A DNA stretch of 46,127 nt from Asterionella formosa (Eukaryota), in NCBI GenBank assembly GCA_002256025.1, contig NKIB01014205.1, positions 1 to 46,127 on the forward strand. Reading direction: 5' to 3'. Below the pieces are notes generated by a model. The model did not search any database and was not told where the DNA came from. It was given only the letters and a program-made list of their open reading frames with translations. This document shows, piece after piece, positions 35,360-45,773 of the stretch (within the stretch, counting starts at the first letter, position 1; each line of letters starts with the position of its first letter). The position numbers and the translations under genes are program-made.

Positions 35360-38300
35360 CTAGAAATCTTGGAAAGCCCTATACTGTGATCCGAGACTTT
35401 GTAACTTGTTTGTTGCAATAATCTGAAAAAATTGGAAAAAAGATTAGTTACAGCACAAAAAGGGAACAATCCAATTAAAGCATACCCATGAAAGTACTTA
35501 CCAAATTCACTACTTTGCGCATTGCAGCCTTTGGCTTGAAATCCTTCAGTTGCTCTTGGTTCGTCGCCAAATCGGTTTTACCAAGTGCATCCACATCGGC
35601 ATTGATCCATGTACTCTTTAAGGCATCGGAAGCTGATAAGCGCCTGTCGGGATCTACAGTCAACAATCCTCGAATCAAATTTTTTGCATCATCTGACACA
35701 TGACTCCAATATTTGGGATGGAATTCGAAAATTCCATACCGAATTTGTTTCATAACTTCGTCAGATTCTCCTCTGAAGGGTCGGTAGCCCCCCAAAACAA
35801 TGTAGATGATTACCCCAAGACTCCACATGTCGCATTTCACATCATACGCAGGTCTATGCTCAAGAATCTCGGGTGCAACGTAGCCTTCCGTGCCGCATTG
35901 TGTCCGAAGTGAATTGGGAAAGAGTACTTTCTTAGCATAACCAAAATCAGAGATCTTAACATCGGTATCACTCGTCTTGGACACCAACATCAAGTTCTCA
36001 GGCTTGAGGTTACGGTTAGCAATTTTACGAGAGTGACAAAATTCCACACCAAATAGCAGTTTTCTGCAGACTTCCCTAGCATCGCCTTCACTGTAGTGAG
36101 CCCTTTCGATAATGCGATCGATTAAGTCACCTCCGTCCATCCGTTCAAGAACGATATAGATGTTATCTGTTTCCTCAAAGACATCTTGAATTTTGACAAT
36201 GTAAGGACAGTCAGCGAGAACCTTCAGAGCTGTAATCTCATCCTGCAAGGCAACTGCATCACTTGGTTGAAGGTCGTTTCGTCGGACACACTTGATTGCA
36301 TATGGATTGTTGGACTGAGAATGATTCGCCTCGTACACAGTTGAGAATGCGCCGGACCCAAGCTGCTTGCCGAGAATGTATAGCTCACTAAATGGAGCGC
36401 CACTGGCGGAATCATCTTCTACGTCGGGATCAAAGTCATCTCCGATATTCACGACAGATTCTTCAAGCACCTGCCCATCTTTATCTCGCTTGATCGCTCC
36501 GCTAGTATCAAGGACATCTTTGAACGAGTCTCCAAGAGAGGTCAACTTATTAGCCATAACGACGGCCTTAACCGCCCCTCGGAGTTTCTCAACTGGAAGT
36601 GACCTTTCCATCTTCTTTTGAGCAGTTGACAGATCCTTGATTGTGAGTGTTTCCCCATCGGCAGTCATCCACTCGTTTTGAAGTGCTTCCTCCGCTGTAA
36701 TCCGGATTTCAGGATTCACCTGCAGCAGTGAAGAAACCAAATCCTTTGCTCCACGTGAAATAGACGACCAGAACTCGTCGTGAAACTCGTAGTCTCCCTT
36801 CAAGATTGTCAATGCTAGTTCCTCAGTCGGGCCCTCGAATGGAGCGTATCCTCCAAGTAAAATGAATGTCACAACGCCGCAACTCCACATGTCCGCTCTT
36901 TCATCATATCCTTTTGACTTCAAGTCCAAGATTTCGGGAGCAACATATGCCGCAGTGCCACAAAGAGTTCTTAGAGAATTCTTCTTGACCACCCTTTTTG
37001 CAAATCCAAAATCGGCAATCTTGATGCTCGTGTCGTCGCCCTTTTCCTATTTTATGACATGACAGTCATCAGAAACAGTAATTGAATAAATTGGAAAGGC
37101 GATGAGCGACTAACGTACCTCAAGTAACAAATTCTCTGGCTTGATATCACGATGAGCGATCTTCTTCTTGTGACAATAGTCGAGAGCGTCAAACAATATC
37201 TTCACTGTTTGCCGAGCCTCTCGTTCAGTGTATACTTCTTTCTCAACGATGCGCTGTAACAATTCGCCTCCCCTCATCTCCTCCATAATTATGTATGTCA
37301 CTTCAACTTCTTCGAAGACATCATGGAGACGCACTATATGTGGGCCGCCACGGAGGAGCTTCAGTGCTTGGATTTCATCCTTGAGAGCACCCGAAGCACC
37401 AGCCGGTAACTTTGAGAGAAGGACTTTCTTACAGGCGAACTTTTCGAATGGTGGCTTCTTGTGAGTTGCTTGGTATACTGAAGCGAAGCCGCCTTCTCCG
37501 AGCTATGAATGCATGAAAACTTAGATATGAGAAACGCAAATAACGACGAAACCAAGGAGAAGGGCAAGAGAAACTCACCAATTCACCAAGGGAATAGAAT
37601 GTGTCAAAAGGTTTGCCCTCTTCGGAATCCAATTTTGGAACTTTCGCGTTTGGGTTCATAGATTGTCTAACTTTAAAGGTTGGCTCATCTCCTCGCTTAT
37701 GCTCAAGATATTTGTTAAATCCCTCGTTCAGATCTTGCAATCGATTGGCCACAACCACTGTGTTGATGGCGATCTTGACCTTGTCTTGTGCAGACGCAAG
37801 AGATTCCTTCAACTTTTTCATATCTACTCCCGTCTGTTGAAGGGCTCGGTCATTTGAAGCTATCATGTAATCGTGCTCGAGAGCTCTTTGAGCAGAAAAT
37901 CGCTTGCTGGGGTTAATCGTGAGTAATTTCGTTACAAGCTCCTTGGCACTTCCCGAGACATGTCCCCAATAGTCTGGATGAAATTCGTAAAGGCCATTTC
38001 GTGTTCTATCGAAAACCTTGTCCTCGTTAGCATCGTCAAAGGGTAAATATCCACCAAGAAGAAGGAAAAGAATTACACCAACAGACCAAAGATCACACTT
38101 GGTGTCGTAGGCTGGCCAACGCTCAAGAATCTCAGGTGCTAGGTAACCGGGTGTACCACAGAGTGTGCGACATCCATTTGGATTGATAATCTTCTTGGCA
38201 AATCCGAAGTCCGCAAGTTTGATGTTTGTATCGTTTGTTTTGGTCTGCATCATGAATATGCAAAGCATGGACAGCAATATGTGTCAGCGGATGACATGGA

Positions 38301-39161
38301 AGCAGCTGAATCGAAACGGGGCTTTCAAGCCAAGACGACTTTCGATATCCTGCAATATTTGCACTTACCGGAAGCAATAAATTTTCTGGTTTCAAATCTC
38401 GATGGACCACTCGATTTGTATGCATGTAATCCAAGGCCTCCAACATGCACTTAGCAACCGCCCTCGCTTCCAACTCTGAAAACGTGCGCTTCTCAATAAT
38501 GCGATCAAAAAGCTCTCCACCAACCATCAACTCCATGACGAGATAACAATCATCCTTGTTATAAAACTCGTCATAGAGTTTAACGATATTTGGTCCTTCA
38601 CGAAGAGCACGTAAATTATTGATTTCGTCTTTTAATGCGTCGCGGCCTCCCCACATCATTTTGGATCGATCGATTTTCTTGATGGCATATGTCTTATTAA
38701 ATTCCTTGTTGGTTCCAATGAAGACAACCGCGAAGGCACCATAACCAATCTGTTCGAACAGTATGAGAGAATCAGAAAAGGTGATACCAATCAACAGAAC
38801 TGGATGCTATCAAAGTTTGAAAACTCGGACTCACCTGCTTGCCTTCCGTGTAATGGTCCTCGAACTTCCTTCTGCCCATATCTTCTGCGGTCATATTTGT
38901 AACATCTCGCTCAGAGGGGGACCTCATTAAATTTTGTTCCTGTAAGGAAGGTCGAATGTCAGTTCAATTCGTCGATTTTTCAAATTTGAAATGTTTGATT
39001 CGGTGGAATGATAGGAACACGAACAAACTTACTACCGGTAGAGGCGCTTCTGTCGCCAGCTTTGGTTGTTCGCGCGCATTACCATTAGCACTAGCACTAG
39101 CACTAGCTGTAGGTCTAGCATCATACGGATCGTATATGTCTTTATTTTGGCAAGCACCCAT
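35360..39161 (-). CDS. Triple-kinase-domain CaMK-like protein, copy B; 7 exons (39161-39033, 38939-38835, 38749-38369, 38244-37579, 37502-37119, 37046-35502, 35422-35360), ~1090 aa
   Basis: MGAC acylation-type N-terminus; HRDLKPEN/DFG, HRDIKPEN/DFG, NRNLKPEN/DFG; six phase-0 introns, five at the same positions as in copy A. Confidence 0.88.
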
Positions 39162-39477
39162 GGTGTGTTGATGATATGCAGATTATTCGCAATCAACGTT
39201 TTTCAATCAAAGCAACAAATGATACACTAATGGGAATGTTAAAATCGATCAGTTTTCAGTCCAGCTGAATGATGCACGAAGTGGTGATCCCGTGTTGAGC
39301 TCAAGGAGTCGGGGTAATTACATAAACCTTAGTAGAGAAAGGACCTTACGACCGCCCGGCATTGTCAACTACCCTAAATACCTGTACGGTCACCCGTACG
39401 ACAAGACGAAGAAAAATCCGATCCTTGTACGTTACCAACATGATATTTTGCATCAAGAATGCTGTTCTACCCGACAA

Positions 39478-39515
39478 AGTACCAGGTACCATGGTACAAG
39501 GTACCTGGAACCAGG
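39478..39515. repeat. GGTACC/CCWGG array upstream of kinase copy B
   Basis: GTACCAGGTACCATGGTACAAGGTACCTGGAACCAGG. Confidence 0.7.
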
Positions 39516-40654
39516 ATTCCATGTATCTGGTATACTTCCACCGGAAAAGAATCGTCCGGTTTTTAAAAAAATGATGAAACCACTGTTCGTTGCACATCAA
39601 AACGAAAACAGTGAAGCTAGTGATCTCCGGGTGAAGTTACAGTGAAGATCAACTTCACGGCGTGGGTTCTCACGGACGATTGTCCAGTAGCTGAGCTGCC
39701 TGGTACTAGATCGTTGTAGTATCCTACCAAAGGCTAAATTAATTTATGGAATCCTTTGTTGCGTACATGGACACGTCGAAAAGAATTATGGTACATGCAT
39801 CATGATCAACTCACCCACACATCATAGTCATGTTTCATCATTTCATTGCTGCATGACTCGATGGCTGTTCACATCAATCAGCCTCTTGGCGAATGCTTAT
39901 TGCACTTGGTAGACCTTGCAGGAAGTCATTGAGTAGTTGATAAAGGTTCTCAGTTCTAAAAAACAAGTTATTAAATCTTAGCTGGCCCAAATCCATTTTT
40001 GATTTTGATCTAAATTGCAATTTGTTGTCATGATGCGAGATATCCAACACCTCGAAATATCATGAAGTTGGTACTGCTACCGGTCACAGGGATTGCGTTC
40101 TATGTATACCCGGTCAACCGTACATACAAATTTATGTGCGATTTCATACATGCATTATATGTTATGTATTGTGCTGACCAATTTCGATATCAAGTATGGC
40201 ATAAAACGGATTCTGGATTCTATCCTGTGGTACAATCCTGTGTAGAATTCATTGTAATAATAGAATGTTTCCTGTCCATATCTTACCTACATAAATGTCA
40301 AAGTGTCCGGTAAAACTGAAATGCAAATCATCCTGTTCCACTCACTGCCGGCGGGCGTGCGGATGGTGATTGGCTCCCACACATCGTCGGCAGAACCATG
40401 CTTGCCTTATATATATATGTCTAACGGCTTTGTTAAGACGACAAGAAACCAACGTTGTTTGAAACTTGGTTTAGCTACCGGTATGCGCTGTTGTGGCCAT
40501 GATGATAATTGAAAACGGTATATGTACTTACCGGTATTCGTATCGTAGAGCCACATCATATATAGTATTTAGTGACATGTCCTGATTCGTCTGGCCGTCC
40601 TGCGGTTTCCTTCATCACCAGCCATCATATTGTGAACATGGCTGATGTATCATA

Positions 40655-40935
40655 CAGGTACCAGGTACCAGGTGCCATGTACCCTGGTACCAAGTACTGA
40701 ATCATGCACCAGATTGGTTGTGAGTAGTATTGATTCCTCCAAGTAGTGGTGTCCCTATTACCCGTAGCTGGTACCTGTTGGAATACCTGGTATACCGGTA
40801 TACTGCCTCCGTGCCAGGCAGTGGTGATGATGGCGGAACAGTGGTGCATACCATGCTGATGGAAAAGCACAAAATCCGGAGTAATGGTAACAGGGGTACC
40901 AGTGTACCACACAAAAATGATTATGTTACCGGTAT
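40655..40935. repeat. GGTACC/CCWGG array upstream of RbgA gene
   Basis: AGGTACCAGGTACCAGGT, CCTGGTACC, TACCTGGTATACCGGTATAC, GGTACCAGTGTACC. Confidence 0.7.
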
Positions 40936-41135
40936 TTTTTGTTAGACTGCATGGTTAGCCGATATTGTTCTTTGTTCTGCTCGTTCTTCCCCTTCATGCA
41001 TACGACGGTAGTTGTGTGACCCATTCTCTCACTGCGTGAACGCAAATCGCTTCCTTGAATCACTCACACTGACACAAAGGCAAGAGATATCGAGCAGACA
41101 TTCGCACAGAAGGACCGCTGAAATACTGAAACTTC

Positions 41136-42602
41136 ATGAGCCGCCAGAACCCTTGCTGCTTGCTGCTCCTGTTTAGCTGCACCATGTGGCGCACAATGGG
41201 GTCTCGGTATCTCCCAGCCTTTCTTCAGAACCCAGCTGCACGGACTAGCCTCCTATTCCGCTCCGCTTCATCTCATCTCACGAACTCTCAGCTGCGAGCC
41301 AGTCAACGTCTTGAGACTGACGAAGACATTCTCTCGGGATACTCCAGGCCCACGGTCCAATGGTACCCCGGTCACATTGCCAAGGCCGAGCGACTACTCT
41401 CCGAGACACTCAAAGCTGTGGATGTGGTGGTAGAAGTTCGGGACGCTAGGATCTGTAAGGCAACGTGTCATGAAAAGGTGGGAGAATGGTGTGCCGGCCG
41501 TCCCCGGATCGTTGTTTTGACACACGTGGACATGGTCCCCTCCTCGTCAGTGAGCAGCTGGAAGCGAGCGTACGAACAATTTGGAGCAGGCAAGTGGGAT
41601 GGCCTAGTCAATTCGCAAATCATGAATCAGGCCAAGCAGGCGTACCATGAACGGAGTAAATACATTTTGTCTGTGGATCAGCGGGAAATGAATGCAGCTG
41701 CCAGTCCAGTGCAGGATGTCTTGTTCGTTGATGCCAAAAAAGGAGAAGGCATTCATGCCTTGCAAAGAGCTATTTTTAAGGCAGGTGCACACGTGCAGGA
41801 ACGACGGGAGCGCCGTGGGCTAAAGGAGCGGGCATTGCGAGTGGGGATTATAGGATACCCCAATGTGGGCAAGTCGGCATTGATCAACCGCATTTTGGGG
41901 AAACGACGTGCCAAGACTGAGAATACTCCTGGCGTGACTCGATCACTCCAATGGATTCGGGTCAGAAGTGAAGACATCAACGCATCAAAAAAGAAGGAAT
42001 TCGAACTCTTGGACAGTCCTGGAATTATTCCAGCCAGGTTGGTAGACCAGTCGGATGCTGTCCTGCTGGCAGCATGCAACTGCATTGGCGATGCTGCATA
42101 TGACAACCAAGCGGTTGCGGCTTATCTATGTGAATGGCTCAAGTCATTACATAAAATGAACAAGGGATCAATTACATCCCCATTGTGGAGGAAAAAGTGC
42201 TTGGAACGCTATGGCTTTGATCCCATTGTTGGAGACATGTCGGGCGATGACATGGTGTACAGGGTAGCCGATGTCAAGTGTGGAGGATCACCAGAAGATG
42301 CTTCTAGGAAAATTCTGCAAGACTTTCGTACTGGCCGGATGGGTCCCATTTCATTACAGTTGGCACCTCAGCTCGCGTCAGATGAAGGACAACAACAGGT
42401 GTTGTTGAGTACAACAAAAGTGAAAGCTGGTGTCAAGACTGACTTCAATTGGGACCAAGAACGTCTAAGTCGTGCACAGGCTGCCATGGAAATGGCAAAG
42501 GAGAAAGGAGTGGAATTGCCACCAGTGGTGGAGAGTATGGGTGACGCAGCAGAGGTCAAGGTTGATGACAAAGTTGGAAAGGGCCTTTTTGATGGTTGGT
42601 AA
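41136..42602 (+). CDS. rbgA: Circularly permuted ribosome-biogenesis GTPase RbgA/YlqF family, organellar (probably plastid)
   Basis: VQWYPGHIAKAER, VVVEVRDAR, G1 GYPNVGKS, G2 PGVTR, G3 LLDSPG, DFRTGRMG; N-terminal targeting-like extension. Confidence 0.9.
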   Translation: MSRQNPCCLLLLFSCTMWRTMGSRYLPAFLQNPAARTSLLFRSASSHLTNSQLRASQRLETDEDILSGYSRPTVQWYPGHIAKAERLLSETLKAVDVVVEVRDARICKATCHEKVGEWCAGRPRIVVLTHVDMVPSSSVSSWKRAYEQFGAGKWDGLVNSQIMNQAKQAYHERSKYILSVDQREMNAAASPVQDVLFVDAKKGEGIHALQRAIFKAGAHVQERRERRGLKERALRVGIIGYPNVGKSALINRILGKRRAKTENTPGVTRSLQWIRVRSEDINASKKKEFELLDSPGIIPARLVDQSDAVLLAACNCIGDAAYDNQAVAAYLCEWLKSLHKMNKGSITSPLWRKKCLERYGFDPIVGDMSGDDMVYRVADVKCGGSPEDASRKILQDFRTGRMGPISLQLAPQLASDEGQQQVLLSTTKVKAGVKTDFNWDQERLSRAQAAMEMAKEKGVELPPVVESMGDAAEVKVDDKVGKGLFDGW

Positions 42603-42820
42603 AATCTATCCTATCGAGCTGGTAAATTGTCGTCACTGCCATAAGCTTTGTCCATTTATTTTTCCTTTTAATTCGTGCATTCACAAAGTACGTATGATTG
42701 TGGTGTTAATAAGCTGCACCTCTATAAAAGGATCCATTGCATTTCATATCTTCAATGCATCTGCATAGTATACTTGATTTCGAAATCTGTCTTTTTCCAG
42801 TACGACCTGGTCATCCCTGT

Positions 42821-43546
42821 TCACTCTTGGCCAAGAAATTTTGTGGCAACCAAGTACTGTTCCGCACTTTCCGATCGCGATGCTGGTGGCTTGACTACTT
42901 GAACTTTCTCAAAGTACTGTTTCGCGTATAGCTTCAACTCGTGTTCTTCTGGTCCCGAAAAGAATTTCGAGACGAAGGATCCTCGTTTCCCCAAGGATGA
43001 AATGGCATACTCTAGTGCTTGTTCACACAGTCCCATGCAGCGAATCGCATCCGTTCGCTTATCGCCCATAAAGTTGGGTGCCATGTCCGAAAGTATCAGA
43101 GTCGGCGCCTGTTCTGTCAGTAGGTGACGAAGGTCAGTGACGTCCCCTTGTATTGCTTGGAACCCATCAGGGCCCAATTCACGAATGCCCTCCGCCACTA
43201 CACCCGGATCCAATGGGAGCAAGTCCACCGCAACGATTTGGAAGACGCTCTGTCGGATACAGTACGATGTCCATCCACCAGGAGCGGCTCCAATGTCAAT
43301 GACAGTATTTGGTTTATACCGGTGCAGTAACTTGCATTTTTGGTCCATCCATTCAAGCTTGTAGTAGCTTCGACTGACTACATGGTCAGCTTTGGATTGT
43401 TGCACAAAATTGTCCTTTACATGCCGCTGCATCCAGTTTTTGGAAGAGGATTGGTTTCTTCTGCCAATTGATACTTGTTGCTGTGGGATTCTCCCAGGAG
43501 CAGATGATATCGGTGTCCTCCGAAGTCCTTTGAACGTCCCTGCCAT
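42821..43546 (-). CDS. rlmE: FtsJ/RlmE (MRM2-like) rRNA 2'-O-methyltransferase, probably mitochondrial
   Basis: SKNWMQRHVKD.FV, SRSYYKL, IDIGAAPGGW, VAVDL, ILSDMAPN, FVSKFF, KPPASRSESAEQY (K-D-K-E tetrad); likely start MAGTFKGLRR at 43546. Confidence 0.88.
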   Translation of the reverse strand: MAGTFKGLRRTPISSAPGRIPQQQVSIGRRNQSSSKNWMQRHVKDNFVQQSKADHVVSRSYYKLEWMDQKCKLLHRYKPNTVIDIGAAPGGWTSYCIRQSVFQIVAVDLLPLDPGVVAEGIRELGPDGFQAIQGDVTDLRHLLTEQAPTLILSDMAPNFMGDKRTDAIRCMGLCEQALEYAISSLGKRGSFVSKFFSGPEEHELKLYAKQYFEKVQVVKPPASRSESAEQYLVATKFLGQE

Positions 43547-44429
43547 GGTGGTGTTTACCTGTACCGATAGTTCAAAATCTATAATATAATAAAACAGATG
43601 TACCAGTGTCTGTTCCGGGTCAATATGTACTGTTAACTTTCCGTCCTCGTCAGTGACCACACATGATGATGTTTTGATCCCACGATATTCACAAAAGTGT
43701 ATACCGTACCAGTATATGACTACCCGGTACCAGTAGACATTGCGCTGCTATTTATTTTGGAAAATTACATTTCTTTCCCCTATCCCTATCCCTAACCCAT
43801 AACCCTTATCCTCAGATGCTACTTTGCCTTGGAAGAGTCTAGGGGTTAGGATAGGGGGACAAAATATCGAAATCATAGGGGTAGGAATTATCTTTTTCCT
43901 TAAAAAATTTTTACCATAAACCATGATCAGAAAAATCTTATTCCACTGCTGTAGGTTGTTCTTAGTAAGGAAATAACAAAGAATGCATAGAATTAATTAG
44001 TTCAAACAGATAATGATGTGCCAATATATGTACCAGTATTTGTAGGTCACTGTATTGTTAATGTGGTTTCCTCTGTCATACATAAATATATTTCCCATGA
44101 TAAGTACACCAGGTGTAGAGGATGGTTGGCTTTTGGCTTGCTTGCTTCTAGCAATTTCTTCCTTCCTTGTCCCTTGTTATTTCATCTGCTAGCTCATAAG
44201 TGCTTCTTGAGTTCTGGTAGTCTACCTGGTACCATGTAGCTATACATAGTTGTAACATGCCCAGCAGTTAACTTGGCTTGATACACATCATGTGAAAATC
44301 CCACTGAAGAAGCAATAGGATGCATTTTCGCCAGTGTAGGGCACATCGGTTGGATTAGTAGTAGTGTATTTAGTCAAGAGGTCCATACATACCGGTACCG
44401 GCAGGTAATTTTCAAATAGCATCAGTATA

Positions 44430-45093
44430 TAACTTCTGGAGAGAAACTGCAGAAAGGAACTTCGGTTTTTTAACTATGCCAAATGAACAGATTTCCACCG
44501 AATTTTCTAGTCTTTTTAGCATATAGTAAAAAACTGAAGATCCTTACTGCAGTTTCTGACCAGATCCTATATACTAACGATATATAGAGTGGACCTACAC
44601 CCCTACTTTGTACGAAGACTCTATTTAAGCATATGGAAAGGGTGTCTATTGTTGAAAGCTCCGTTGAACGTTATACATATGTGATTTATATGTGAAAAGT
44701 ATGTGTTTGATTAGTCTGACTGAATATTATGTTTTAAACCCTACCTCGAGCTAGGGGTTCAAGTTGCGGCCCCGCAGTTACAAATTGCGAGGTCCGTTTT
44801 TTCCCAAAATATTTTTATGATGTACATCAATCCACACATCACGTACAAGTAAATATAATAGTTAAAGGTAAAATTAGCTTTCACCATTACGACCACTTTG
44901 CATATGCTTAGATACTGTGATGGCTCGACTTAGGGGTATGATCTATATACAGATATGGTAGGGATCCCATTTCTGGAGAGAAGTGGCAGTTATGTATCAG
45001 AGATTCGTAACTACCGCAAAAGTAGTCAAAAAAAGGGGCTACGAAGCTTAAATAAATCTACGATACATAACTGCCACTTCTCTCCAGAAGTTA
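44430..45093. mobile_element. Candidate MITE/non-autonomous DNA transposon with nested inverted repeats
   Basis: Perfect 28-bp inverted repeat 44971-44998/45062-45089; TAACTTCTGGAGAGAA (44430-44445) is the reverse complement of 45078-45093. Confidence 0.5.
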
Positions 45094-45469
45094 ACTCCTG
45101 ACGTTATAGGGTAGACGGCTATCTATTTTAATCGTCATGAAACCCCGTAGATGTAGAGCAATCCTCTTCCAAAAAGTCGACCCGATCGGCTTTTTCAACA
45201 GTCGCCAAAATATTGGAATCGGAATTAGTATGTGCAAAACGTTCTCGTAGACTTAGAGTCTTGCGTAGGTATGTTTTGCTGAATAATTCTCGGTCCGAAA
45301 AGACTCCAGGGTGAGTTTCCCGCGTCACTACACATATTCTGATTGGTTGAATTGAATTTACTCACCTGCTCCAGATCGGCTGCAGTACCGGTATCTCGGT
45401 CTTGTAAAATTACAATTACGCCAGCCATACTTGAACCACATGTATTAGATGTACTGTGCCGTAATTGGT

Positions 45470-45722
45470 AAAATTAAACCCAAGTTGTATTTTCCCGTAG
45501 GCCTCTGTTATGTGTCTACTGGGTCATTTTAATACTGTCACGGTATTGATCTGAAAATACTAGTGGAAGCACCGTGTTACGACAGTATTTGCCAGTAGAA
45601 AAATTAAACCCGGTTTAACTGGGGGTTTAATTTTTTGGTTTAATTAAACCTTGTAGGAATGTACTACATTTAGTACTAGCTAATAATACTCCAGTACTTC
45701 TACGCTGCTAAAAATTAAACCC
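45470..45722. repeat. AAAATTAAACCC motif cluster with an inverted pair, upstream of the Crypton-like ORF
   Basis: Copies near 45470, 45600, 45642 and 45711; AAAAAATTAAACCC...GGGTTTAATTTTTT inverted pair at about 45599-45637. Confidence 0.5.
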
Positions 45723-45773
45723 ATCACCATGATGATTGATGGTGGGAGTGAATACTAAAATAACGAGATTAGG

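Noticed and set aside
39086..39107. (GCACTA)n microsatellite
   Set aside because: Short coding repeat giving ASASASA in the kinase B N-terminal linker; unremarkable
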